Shown here: one piece after another, positions 55,598 through 64,000 of the stretch
How the letters are laid out: every line of letters starts with the position of its first letter
How positions within the stretch are numbered: position 1 is the stretch's first letter
Origin: a virus
Taxonomy: Duplodnaviria; Caudoviricetes
Reading direction: 5' to 3' (one strand)
Length of the DNA stretch: 64,000 nt
Virus record (IMG/VR): IMGVR_UViG_3300014205_000025
Coordinates: 860-64,859 of that record
Notes under the pieces: generated by a model
What the model saw: only the letters and a program-made list of their open reading frames with translations
Told to the model about the DNA's origin: nothing
The model's database searches: none
Position numbers and translations under genes: made by a program

Positions 55598-58279
55598 TCA
55601 ACGCTGCATCGGGTGCGTCGACGGCGACGGCGGACCACCCATCGCCGTGACGCTACCGAGCCCGCCGGCACCAGCCGCGCCAGGTGCCCCCATCATGGGA
55701 CTTCCGCCCATACCGGGAAACGCCGGATCAGGCATTACCTCGCCCGGCTGCCCGGCGCCCCCTTGGATCTCCTGCAAGATCGGCAGGAACCCCGGGCCAA
55801 GCACGCCGACCAAGGCCTGCGCCGCCGCGGGGGAACTGAACAGGGCCGCGGCCAGGGCTGTGCGGTTCTGCTCGGGCATGGCGCGCGCGCGGGTCATCAT
55901 GGTCCCACCGACGGCGTCGCCACCGGCCGGCGGCATGAACTGCGACGGCATGTCGTCATCGTCCATCATGCCGCCGTCGTCCGCCCGGATGGATTCCAGC
56001 GTGCCGGAATGGCGCTGCGCCTGCTCGGCCGGGACAACGAACTCACCCACATCCAGCGGGACATGGCCATCGTCCGGGCCAGGCGGGTTGGGTCCGCTCA
56101 ACCGCTCTGGCGTCACCCAGCCACCGAGATACATGCCGCTGCCGTCCCCGCCGCCCATATCTCCGCCGCCCATGTCGCCACCACCCATATCTCCGCCGCC
56201 CATGTCGCCACCAGCGCCACCACCGCCGCCACCGCTTTCTCCTTCGGCTGCGCCTTCAGCCGCCCCTTCGGGTGCCTCCCCTTCGGGTGCATCCTGTCCG
56301 TCGAATGACCCAATATCGACCGCGTCGGGCGCGCCCCAATCGACCCCTGCGAGATCTGGGGCAGCAACATCGGTGCCCCAATCGTTTGTTGTCGATGTGG
56401 CCGCGTCGTCGTCGGCCAGATCGAAAGTCGCAAATACGCTAAGCGGACCGGTGAATGGTCCTGCCGGCATGGCAGCGTCTTTCGCGCCGCTCACTTCGAC
56501 CGGATCAATGCCGATGTTTGTCTGTCCGGTAACCGCGGACGAACCCATCAGGTCTGCCACGCTCGATACCCCGGCGGCAGCCATGGCGTTTTCGATGTCG
56601 CCAACACTGACGCCAGCGGCGGCGGCCAGATCGGACACGGACATATCGCTATAGCCGCCTCCAGGCGTTCCCCCACCTGCCGCTCCAGTGCCGGCGCTGG
56701 CATCCCCGGTTCCGGCGCCACCACTAGCACCGCCTCCGGTGCCGGCTCCTCCGCTGGCATCGCCGCCAGGCCCATCACCTGCGCCACCGCCACTGCCTCC
56801 GCCCGATCCGCCCCCACCGGAGCCACCTCCGGTACCGGCCCCAGCAGACCCTGCGGAGCCTCCGCCACCAGGACCCGATCCAGCGCCCTGCCCGCCGACG
56901 CTGTCTTCGCTGCCGGCACCACCGCCACTGCCGCCTCCAGACGGGCTTGCCGCCGCCGCGGCTTGCGCCTGTGCCTGCGCGGCTGCCTGTGCATCTGCCG
57001 CCGCCTGCGCTTGTGCAACAGCCTGCGCGCCGGCGGCTGCCTGCGTCTGCGCCTGGTTCAAGGACTGAGCCTGGGCTGCGGCTTGCGCCGTGGATGCCGG
57101 GTTAGTGCCGGTCAGGGCCGTCGTCGATGCGCGCGCGGCACGCTGGGCAGGCGTCAGATTTGCCAGCGGATCGGCGCGCAGCATGGCGGCGGCACGCTGG
57201 GCCGTCGGTGATGCAGCAGCAGCGGCCATCGCCGCACGCTGCGCCTCGACCTGGGCTGCTGCCTGGGCCGCTGCTGGATCAGGTGCCGGCGCTACCGGGA
57301 CACCAGGCAGCCCGCCCGTCTGGCCTGGAGCCGGTGTGCCCGTGCCTGCGCCCGGCGTGCCTCCCGTCGTGTCCGGCGTCGTGCCCGTGCCACCGCCTTG
57401 CGAACCGGTCCCCGTCCCGCCCCCGGTGTTCCCCGCCCCCGGTGTCTCCCCCGCTCCCGTGCCAGTCCCGGTGCCCGCCCCAGCGTCGTCCCAGCCGCCC
57501 GTATCGACGCCCGACCCGACCTGGTCGGCGGGAATGTCGAACAGCCCGCCAAGTTTCGCTCCAAGGGTTCGACCGGTAAAGCCGCCGACCAGAGCGCCAA
57601 CGGGACCGGCCACGGCACCGCCCAGGGCTCCGACGATTGCACCAACAAGCGTCCGTCCAACGCCCGCGCCAGTGCCGATGCCAAAGAAATCCAGAAGACC
57701 CTTGAAGGCTCCAGGCTCCTGCTCGATAGCAGTAGCAACGTCATCCCACGCTCCTCCCTGGTTGCCGGGGGATCCAGGAGCGCCCCCGGTTGATCCTGTT
57801 CCAGTTCCGGGGCCCGGCGTTCCAGGCACCCCAGGCAGGCCGGTGCCAGGCACGTTCTCGCTGCCTCCAGCCCCGCCGGTTCCGCCAGTCCCACCCGGTC
57901 CGGTGGTTCCCGTCCCGGGCACCCCTTCGCTGCTGATTGGATCGCCCGAACCAGAGCCGTCACCCGCGCCAGTATCGGTGCCGGTTCCGGCTCCAGTATC
58001 GGTCCCTGTCCCTGTTCCAGTGCCCGTCCCGGTCCCGGTGCCAGTACCGGTACCCGTCCCGGTGCCGCCACCAGGAGGCGCGGGCGCGGCCTGTCCCGGG
58101 CGATAGCCGAACGTCGGGTACAGGTAGCTGCCCCAATCCGCGCGCCAGGTCGGCACCTGATAGGCCGGCGTCGATGGATCTGCGTTGATCGCACCAAGCC
58201 CGGTTGCGGGGACGCCATTGCGGGGCGCGAACGGCGCGGGCGGCAAAGCCTCCAGCACGCGATAGGGATTGTCGGACAT
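55598..58279 (-). CDS. Low-complexity ejection protein with a glycine zipper and a GG.V...GP.D...L..GEFVVP motif
   Basis: 893 aa; (GT)n, AQAQ and GGDMG repeats; lies between the tail hub gene and the pilot genes. Confidence 0.7.
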   Translation of the reverse strand: MSDNPYRVLEALPPAPFAPRNGVPATGLGAINADPSTPAYQVPTWRADWGSYLYPTFGYRPGQAAPAPPGGGTGTGTGTGTGTGTGTGTGTGTDTGAGTGTDTGAGDGSGSGDPISSEGVPGTGTTGPGGTGGTGGAGGSENVPGTGLPGVPGTPGPGTGTGSTGGAPGSPGNQGGAWDDVATAIEQEPGAFKGLLDFFGIGTGAGVGRTLVGAIVGALGGAVAGPVGALVGGFTGRTLGAKLGGLFDIPADQVGSGVDTGGWDDAGAGTGTGTGAGETPGAGNTGGGTGTGSQGGGTGTTPDTTGGTPGAGTGTPAPGQTGGLPGVPVAPAPDPAAAQAAAQVEAQRAAMAAAAASPTAQRAAAMLRADPLANLTPAQRAARASTTALTGTNPASTAQAAAQAQSLNQAQTQAAAGAQAVAQAQAAADAQAAAQAQAQAAAAASPSGGGSGGGAGSEDSVGGQGAGSGPGGGGSAGSAGAGTGGGSGGGGSGGGSGGGAGDGPGGDASGGAGTGGGASGGAGTGDASAGTGAAGGGTPGGGYSDMSVSDLAAAAGVSVGDIENAMAAAGVSSVADLMGSSAVTGQTNIGIDPVEVSGAKDAAMPAGPFTGPLSVFATFDLADDDAATSTTNDWGTDVAAPDLAGVDWGAPDAVDIGSFDGQDAPEGEAPEGAAEGAAEGESGGGGGGAGGDMGGGDMGGGDMGGGDMGGGDGSGMYLGGWVTPERLSGPNPPGPDDGHVPLDVGEFVVPAEQAQRHSGTLESIRADDGGMMDDDDMPSQFMPPAGGDAVGGTMMTRARAMPEQNRTALAAALFSSPAAAQALVGVLGPGFLPILQEIQGGAGQPGEVMPDPAFPGMGGSPMMGAPGAAGAGGLGSVTAMGGPPSPSTHPMQR

Positions 58280-58282
58280 GCG

Positions 58283-58507
58283 TTATGGCCCTTCCAGGTC
58301 TGTGACCCGAGCCGTCAGGGCAAGCACCTGCGCCTCAAGGTTCGTGATGCGGGTTTCGTGATCGGTCAGCGTTCCGGTGACGTTCGCGCCCAGGACCAGG
58401 GTGTTGTAAAGGTCCTGCATCCACTTGTTGAGAACCTGCCGATCGCCGTCCTTATCGCCGGTCAGGCGAGGCGGCCGCGGCAGTGTGTTCCCGGTTTCAA
58501 CTGGCAT
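58283..58507 (-). CDS. Small coiled-coil tail protein
   Basis: PRPP...W...LY...; C-terminal heptads HETRITNLEAQVLALTARVTDLE. Confidence 0.65.
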   Translation of the reverse strand: MPVETGNTLPRPPRLTGDKDGDRQVLNKWMQDLYNTLVLGANVTGTLTDHETRITNLEAQVLALTARVTDLEGP

Positions 58508-58539
58508 CGCGGCGTCTCCTCAAAGGCAGCGCCGTCGCC

Positions 58540-59952
58540 CTACCAGCTAAGGCGCTCGACCTGGATCTTCATCCCACTGAACTCGACCTCGACGTTGTCG
58601 GACACGGCGATCTCGAACTGCCATGTGTCGGCCGATCCGACCGAACCAAACCGGATCATCATATCCCGTTCGCCCGGCCGGCCCAGGTCTTCGAACATCC
58701 ATTGATCGAAGCCCATGTTGTCCCGGTTCACGCGCATGCCGATCCGGGGCATCCGGGCGCTGTCATTGTCGTATGGACCGCCGCCGCGCTTGATCCGAAC
58801 CTCGACGTCATCGATCCGGGACGCGCCAAACTTGTCGACATGGGCCGAGCGGATCAGGAACGGATAGGGCTTGCCGAGAAGCTGAAACGACTGGTCGGTC
58901 AGTTCCGCGATGCCACCTTGCACGCCCACGAACATCCGGCCCCACAGGCGCTGGATGGACCAGCCTGGCCAGCGCGCCGGCCGCTTGTCCACGTCATCCC
59001 AGCCATACAGGAACGACCACCGCTTGTTGCGATAGTCGAGCAGCATTGTCAGGCCCTTGGTGCCGTAGGCGTTCGACGCATTCGGCATCTGCAGCATGAT
59101 CAGCTTCTGGCCGCGGATGCCGCACTCGGCCGCCCAGGCATCCGTCCAATCGTCAACGCGTTCGAACAGGAGAGCTACGTTGGCGGACTGGTCCTCCGTC
59201 ACCTGGCCGACAAAGCGGGCGAACTCGAACCGGCTGTTGATGCCATAGGTTCCGGTCTCGTCGGCCAGCAGGGTGTATGGCGCATAGACGCCGGTGCCGG
59301 TGGTCCACCGCCGCGCGAAGGGCTGGTTGCCATTGGCGAAGGTCTCGTATTGCTCGACCGAGTCCTGTCCCGCCAGCAGGATTTCCCGGAACGGGGTGAC
59401 CACCAGCGAATTAAGATCGTCCGGCTTCCCGTTGGCCGAGAACATCGAGAGCGGGTTCCAGACCGTGTATTCGCCAGGGTCGCAATAGTAGAACCTCCCG
59501 CTGAACGGCTCGATCGCCACCAGATACCCGTCGATGAAAGCAACGTGCGTGCTTTCCGGCGCGGTCGGCGCCAGGCGCTTGGTCCGCGTCCCGGAAAGCT
59601 GGAGCAGCGGGCCGCCGGCTGCCATGACAAGCTGATCGTCGGTCTGCGCGAAGATGGTTCGCTTGCCACCCGAAAGCGGCACGCCGGTCATGTCCGTCAC
59701 GGTGCCGGACCGGTCGATGCGATAGACCCGCCCCTGGTCCGTCGCCGCGATCAGGTTGCCTCGGAACGCGGTCTGATAGGTCCGGTTGCCGCCGAGGCCG
59801 GTCACGAAACTCGTCAGGCCGGGGAACCGGCTCATGCCACCGGCGGCGTTTGCATAGGCGTTCTCGACCGCGGCCACCGCCTTGGACAAGATCGCTTCAT
59901 CCGACGACACAAACATCTTCGTGTCCCACGGGAAGTCAGCCCACTGCGCCAT
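58540..59952 (-). CDS. Tail hub/nozzle, P22 gp10-like packaged-DNA stabilisation protein
   Basis: RFPGL..F; VAFIDGYLV; E..PD.L...; FG..S.E; beta-propeller-like pattern. Start re-called at 59952. Confidence 0.8.
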   Translation of the reverse strand: MAQWADFPWDTKMFVSSDEAILSKAVAAVENAYANAAGGMSRFPGLTSFVTGLGGNRTYQTAFRGNLIAATDQGRVYRIDRSGTVTDMTGVPLSGGKRTIFAQTDDQLVMAAGGPLLQLSGTRTKRLAPTAPESTHVAFIDGYLVAIEPFSGRFYYCDPGEYTVWNPLSMFSANGKPDDLNSLVVTPFREILLAGQDSVEQYETFANGNQPFARRWTTGTGVYAPYTLLADETGTYGINSRFEFARFVGQVTEDQSANVALLFERVDDWTDAWAAECGIRGQKLIMLQMPNASNAYGTKGLTMLLDYRNKRWSFLYGWDDVDKRPARWPGWSIQRLWGRMFVGVQGGIAELTDQSFQLLGKPYPFLIRSAHVDKFGASRIDDVEVRIKRGGGPYDNDSARMPRIGMRVNRDNMGFDQWMFEDLGRPGERDMMIRFGSVGSADTWQFEIAVSDNVEVEFSGMKIQVERLSW

Positions 59953-59953
59953 G

Positions 59954-61912
59954 TCAGGATACCAGCCGTTCGACATGAACCGTCCAGTCGATCGTGACGC
60001 TCGCCTCGCCGGTCACCTTCAACTGCATCATCGAGCCCGATACATCGAAGGCGACGTCCCAGGCCGTTCCCGTGATGGTGTCCGCGCGCACCGGATCGGA
60101 CCCGGTGGCATCGAGCGCCACGGCCGATGTGGAGATGGAACCGGAAACCCGGGCGCTTCCCGTGCTGGTATCGGTCAGCAGCTCGCCACTGGTGAATGTG
60201 CCGGTGATATCGCGAAGGGTCATGTTGCCGGATCCTGCCGCCTGAGTGATTGCCTGGATGCGCGCGGATGCCCCGGACGATGCTCCGGTGACCACGTTGC
60301 CCGCGGTATAGTTCCCGGTCTGCAAGTTGAAGTTCAGCACGGCGCCAGGGCGCGCGCAGCCGGCCACAACCCAGAAGATCCCGTAGGTGACCGCGTTGCG
60401 CGCGTTGCCGACGGCGCGGGCCGTGAACAGGCCGATCTCGCCTGAGCCGATCTCCTGCTGCCAGGCTACCGTCGCCGTCGCGTCGGTCGTGATTCCCGTC
60501 CACTCGCCGTGATCGAAGGTGGATTGCCGTGCCAGCTTCTTCGTGTCGCCGGTGCTGGTGGTGTCCGTGTCCTCGATGCAGTTCCGCAGGACGATCGGGA
60601 CCTCGGGAACCTCAAGCACGAAATCCACGTTCACGATGCCAACGCCGTCGAACATCACGTTGCGGCAGGCACCATCAAAGGTCACCGTGCCGGCGTTGAT
60701 CTGCCCGCCTCGGATGCTGATGCGCTGCGTCGTGTTCTGGTCCGAATAGTTGGCGTCATCGCCATCCATGATGGAAATGGCCGCGGTGTTGCCGGTCCAG
60801 TAGCAATTCTCGGTGGTGATCCCGCGCGCGCCGACCATCTTCAATCCGGGCCCGACATTCGAGACGAACCCGAACCCCTGGATGATGATCTCGCGCACGG
60901 GCAGATCCACGAATTTCAGTTGAAGCCCGGCCTCGGTGCAGAGCGAGGCGGAGCCGCCGACCATGGTGACGTTCGCGATTTCCGCGCCGTCGCCGTCCCC
61001 GGACGAGTCGCTATCGCCCAACAGCTCGCATCCGATCCGGCAGTCCGATACCGAGACGTTGTGCCAGACCGCCGACGATGTCCCCTGGAGCGAAATGCCG
61101 ACGTCGAACCGCTTGACCAGGATGTCGTTCATCCAGGGCTCGGACACGTCATGGCCATGCACGCCGATCGACCCGGAGCGCGTGATCTGGCCGTCCAGCG
61201 TCATGGCTTCCAGGCCCGCGCCATCGCCGTCCAGGGTGATGACCGCCTCGGCGTCCCGGCAGACGAGCGTCGTGGCGCTTTGGCCATGCCCGCGCAGGCG
61301 GACGCCCTGTGCCAAGGTCAGCGCCTCGATCTCGATGGTGCCGGCGGGAAGCTGCACATACCCCCCGCCTTGCGCTGCCGCCGCGCCGATCGCCGCTACC
61401 AGGGTGGCGGTCGATATCGCCGTTCCAGCATCGCCGCCGATGGCCCCGAACATGGCGGCATAGATGGTCTGGTCAACCACGCTCTCGACGGTTCGGGGAT
61501 AGTTCCCCCGGGTCCCCGCCACGAGAGCCAGTGAGGCATCCTCGCCGGCCAGTGTCAGCAGTGGCGGGCGGACGATCCCGCCATTGTCGGTTTCACGGAT
61601 CAGCAGCCGGTATGGGACGTTCGTGTAGATCGGGACCGCCCACTTCCCATAGATGACGCCGGCGGCATCCGTGTAGCTCAGAAGGGTCTGCGGGTTGGCG
61701 ACCGAAACCGCCAGGAATGGATCGCTGTAGAGCGGGGCTCGATCCGTTGTATCAGCGATCAGGACCTCAACCGACATGCCGCCATACCCGGGGCGCCAGG
61801 TGTCGAACTCCGCGATGCGGAAGCCGTATGTCGGCAGGCCGAGCGTAGGCTTGGCTCCGATCGCCCCCGGCGACGTGATCGGCAGGCCAAGGAGCGATAG
61901 CGATGTGGTCAT
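59954..61912 (-). CDS. Tailspike with an anchoring domain and a pectate-lyase-like beta-helix
   Basis: FGAIGGD.....T..L.AAI.AA...GGG.V.LPAG.......L...V.L.G.G...T motif. Confidence 0.85.
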   Translation of the reverse strand: MTTSLSLLGLPITSPGAIGAKPTLGLPTYGFRIAEFDTWRPGYGGMSVEVLIADTTDRAPLYSDPFLAVSVANPQTLLSYTDAAGVIYGKWAVPIYTNVPYRLLIRETDNGGIVRPPLLTLAGEDASLALVAGTRGNYPRTVESVVDQTIYAAMFGAIGGDAGTAISTATLVAAIGAAAAQGGGYVQLPAGTIEIEALTLAQGVRLRGHGQSATTLVCRDAEAVITLDGDGAGLEAMTLDGQITRSGSIGVHGHDVSEPWMNDILVKRFDVGISLQGTSSAVWHNVSVSDCRIGCELLGDSDSSGDGDGAEIANVTMVGGSASLCTEAGLQLKFVDLPVREIIIQGFGFVSNVGPGLKMVGARGITTENCYWTGNTAAISIMDGDDANYSDQNTTQRISIRGGQINAGTVTFDGACRNVMFDGVGIVNVDFVLEVPEVPIVLRNCIEDTDTTSTGDTKKLARQSTFDHGEWTGITTDATATVAWQQEIGSGEIGLFTARAVGNARNAVTYGIFWVVAGCARPGAVLNFNLQTGNYTAGNVVTGASSGASARIQAITQAAGSGNMTLRDITGTFTSGELLTDTSTGSARVSGSISTSAVALDATGSDPVRADTITGTAWDVAFDVSGSMMQLKVTGEASVTIDWTVHVERLVS

Positions 61913-61937
61913 GTCGGTGTCCTTGGCCTGGCTGCGA

Positions 61938-62561
61938 TCAAACGATGACGCCGGTGATGCCCGTTCCAGGCGCCGCCGTCAGAGCCGCCACCGTCAGGTA
62001 TTTGGTGGTCCCGTTATAGGCGGTGATGGTCGTGGCCTGGCCCTTGAGAGGACCGGACGTGATGATCAGCGTCCGACCAGCGAAGAAGTTGTTGTCGGTC
62101 TGCGTCAGGTTCGTCGGGATGGACGTGGTGGTTGCGCCGGTCTGGATCGTCAGCGTCTGGATGCCCAGCGCCGAGGATGCCAGGTTCGCCGCGGCGGTGG
62201 CGTCGCTGTTGACCTGGGTGACATTGGCGGCCAGGGCGGATCCGGTCGTCAGGGTGTTGAAGGCGGTGTCCTCCAGCACGTCCGCGCGCAGCACGATCGG
62301 GACCGCCCCGGACGGGTGGATATGGATCAGCAGGGGCCCGACGATGGACGTGTTCGATGACGTCAGCGTCAGGGCATAGACGCCGCCGCTGATGTGCGTC
62401 CAGGTGTTGGCATGGATGGCGGTCGCTGATGTCGCGCCGGCCGTGTAAAGCTCGGCCGTGCCGCTGGAAAGCGTCAGGGCGGTCTCGACGGTGACCATGT
62501 CGGTTGCGTCCACCAGGGGACCGATATGCACCACGACCCCGGTGCTTTTTTTCAGAATCAT
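61938..62561 (-). CDS. Putative structural protein
   Basis: 207 aa; C-terminal module shared with the 870-aa fibre. Confidence 0.65.
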   Translation of the reverse strand: MILKKSTGVVVHIGPLVDATDMVTVETALTLSSGTAELYTAGATSATAIHANTWTHISGGVYALTLTSSNTSIVGPLLIHIHPSGAVPIVLRADVLEDTAFNTLTTGSALAANVTQVNSDATAAANLASSALGIQTLTIQTGATTTSIPTNLTQTDNNFFAGRTLIITSGPLKGQATTITAYNGTTKYLTVAALTAAPGTGITGVIV

Positions 62562-62589
62562 GTGTCAGTCCCCCGATGGGTGTTGTGTA

Positions 62590-62940
62590 TCAGGCCTTGG
62601 ACGGCCGAGCCGCGCCGTTGGCTTTCCCGCGGCGCTGGTTGATCGCATGCTGCACGGCGATCGCCGCCGCCGCCTTGGCCTGCTTGGCGGCAGCCGCTTC
62701 CGCATTTGCTTCGTCCGCCTCGCTTTGCAGGGCGGTCGGCGGATCGGTCTTCTGCTTTTTGGGATCGGGATTGGACGGCGGCGCATAGAAGGCCTGCGAC
62801 CTCTCCAGCTTCTGGAGGATCTGGGCCGCCATGGCATAGGGCACGTTGGTATGAATAAAGCCGATCATCTCGTTATAGTCCCCGATCGGGACCGCAACGT
62901 GTGTCGGCTGCAACCTCTCGTCTTCCGGCTTCTTGCTCAT
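62590..62940 (-). CDS. Hypothetical protein
   Basis: AAAGGTG RBS; start re-called at MSKKP; Ala-rich helical C-terminus. Confidence 0.55.
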   Translation of the reverse strand: MSKKPEDERLQPTHVAVPIGDYNEMIGFIHTNVPYAMAAQILQKLERSQAFYAPPSNPDPKKQKTDPPTALQSEADEANAEAAAAKQAKAAAAIAVQHAINQRRGKANGAARPSKA

Positions 62941-62994
62941 CGCGTGTTCACCTTTCAAACATCCTCGACCGTTGATAGCCCCATATAGGTCAAA

Positions 62995-63231
62995 TCACCG
63001 TTGTCCATTGGCGCCTTCCGCGGTCGTGTTCATGATCTCGGTCTTCCGCGCGGAGCCGGATGACGACCCCACCCAGTAGCTGACCACCTGAACCGACATG
63101 CTGCCGAGGGCGCCTAGCATCACGTTCAGGATCGTCTCTGCGCCGGCCGGCGCTGCCTTGGTGAAGGCGAGCACCAGGCCCAACGCGAAGATTGTCAGCA
63201 CAACCGTTGAGATCCATGCCTGAGCAGTCAT
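62995..63231 (-). CDS. Holin-like 2-TM protein
   Basis: Two hydrophobic helices then V.SYW.GSS.GS..K, typical of holin-like small proteins. Confidence 0.65.
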   Translation of the reverse strand: MTAQAWISTVVLTIFALGLVLAFTKAAPAGAETILNVMLGALGSMSVQVVSYWVGSSSGSARKTEIMNTTAEGANGQR

Positions 63232-63232
63232 C

Positions 63233-64000
63233 TTACAGTTCGCACCGATACCGCAGGACGCCGCTAGACAGATCGGCGGAGAACCCGAACGCAACGGCAG
63301 TCGTGTCGATGCTCGTGACGCCAGCGGTGACGGTCGCTGAGTTGGTTGTTGCGTAGCACTTCGGAGTGCGTGGGAGCGTGCCCGTAAATGTCAGAGTGCA
63401 AGCCGTAATACCGCCTGTGCCGATGGTGATCGTGCCAGATTGGTTGCTAGAGCCTGTAGATGCAGAGGGCGACGTGCCGCAACTGCTAATCGTCGGCGCA
63501 CGAGTGGACACAGCCGCTACATCAAACACATTCCCAGACTGCCATAGCAACATATCAGCGGTCGAATTATCCAGGACGTTCGACCCCGCTGTGCCTTTGG
63601 ATACGTTACCGGACAGCGAAACAGTCCCCGCACCGCCTTGCAAGACAAAGCCATTCCCGCAGGAAGTCAGAAAATTTCCAGTGATGTTGCCCGAAAATGC
63701 GGCGTTCGCAGTGGTCAACACGCCAGAGACCGTCGCGGGCACGATGTCGTTGCAGTTCAACGTATTCCCACTAAAGGTCATCTCTGTCCCAGGGCCGCCA
63801 GCGCCGGTCTGCACGGCGTAGTATGTGCCGGCTGTGCTTGTCCGCCCCCAGCTATTCAGCGACATACCGGACATCGTGAGTTTGCGATATCCTGCGCCGG
63901 TATCGTAGACGATGCCACCAAGCGCATAGGATACGTTGCCACCGGACAAAGACAGGTCTACGCGGCCTGTTGACGGGGTATTGTAGACTGCGCCGGACGC
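63233..64000 (-). CDS. C-terminal part of a beta-helix tailspike (runs off the window end)
   Basis: Open frame to 64000. SGN/GN-rich parallel beta-helix repeats, then a PTISSCGT....GSSNQSG.ITIG.G....CTLTF domain. Confidence 0.8.
   Translation of the reverse strand, partial: ASGAVYNTPSTGRVDLSLSGGNVSYALGGIVYDTGAGYRKLTMSGMSLNSWGRTSTAGTYYAVQTGAGGPGTEMTFSGNTLNCNDIVPATVSGVLTTANAAFSGNITGNFLTSCGNGFVLQGGAGTVSLSGNVSKGTAGSNVLDNSTADMLLWQSGNVFDVAAVSTRAPTISSCGTSPSASTGSSNQSGTITIGTGGITACTLTFTGTLPRTPKCYATTNSATVTAGVTSIDTTAVAFGFSADLSSGVLRYRCEL

Noticed and set aside
57990-58070. Tandem GGNACN-type repeats as a CRISPR array or VNTR element
   Set aside because: In-frame Gly-Thr coding repeats with no spacers.

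Overview
The window is a high-GC, podovirus-type tailed phage genome, probably close to complete and most likely infecting an alphaproteobacterium (inferred from a GapR/DUF2312-like gene). No host genes, integrase, DNA polymerase, tRNA, CRISPR array or reverse transcriptase were recognised. Layout: (i) minus-strand packaging/head block at 1-14.1 kb (candidate TerS, TerL, P22-like portal, scaffold, N4-gp56/DUF4043 capsid, P22-gp4-like adaptor, tailspikes); (ii) plus-strand early block of about 20 small genes at 14.4-22.3 kb with recurring hairpin leaders; (iii) minus-strand replication block at 22.4-27.7 kb (HTH initiator with internal iterons, Twinkle/T7-gp4-like primase-helicase); (iv) plus-strand recombination/accessory block at 28-38 kb (XRE HTH, Cas4-like nuclease, putative annealase, degenerate Rad50-like ATPase, GapR-RMF fusion, RuvC-like resolvase); (v) minus-strand tail/ejection block at 38-64 kb, including a 4162-aa DarB-like polyvalent protein, a virion lysozyme-like protein, low-complexity ejection proteins, a P22-gp10-like hub, a tailspike and a holin-like gene. 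The strongest novel signal is two same-strand, +1-frame genes, each with a strong Shine-Dalgarno site, overprinted in the linker of the giant protein just before its methyltransferase domain. One of them is convincingly TnpV-like. All family assignments come from motif recognition by eye; no database search was run.
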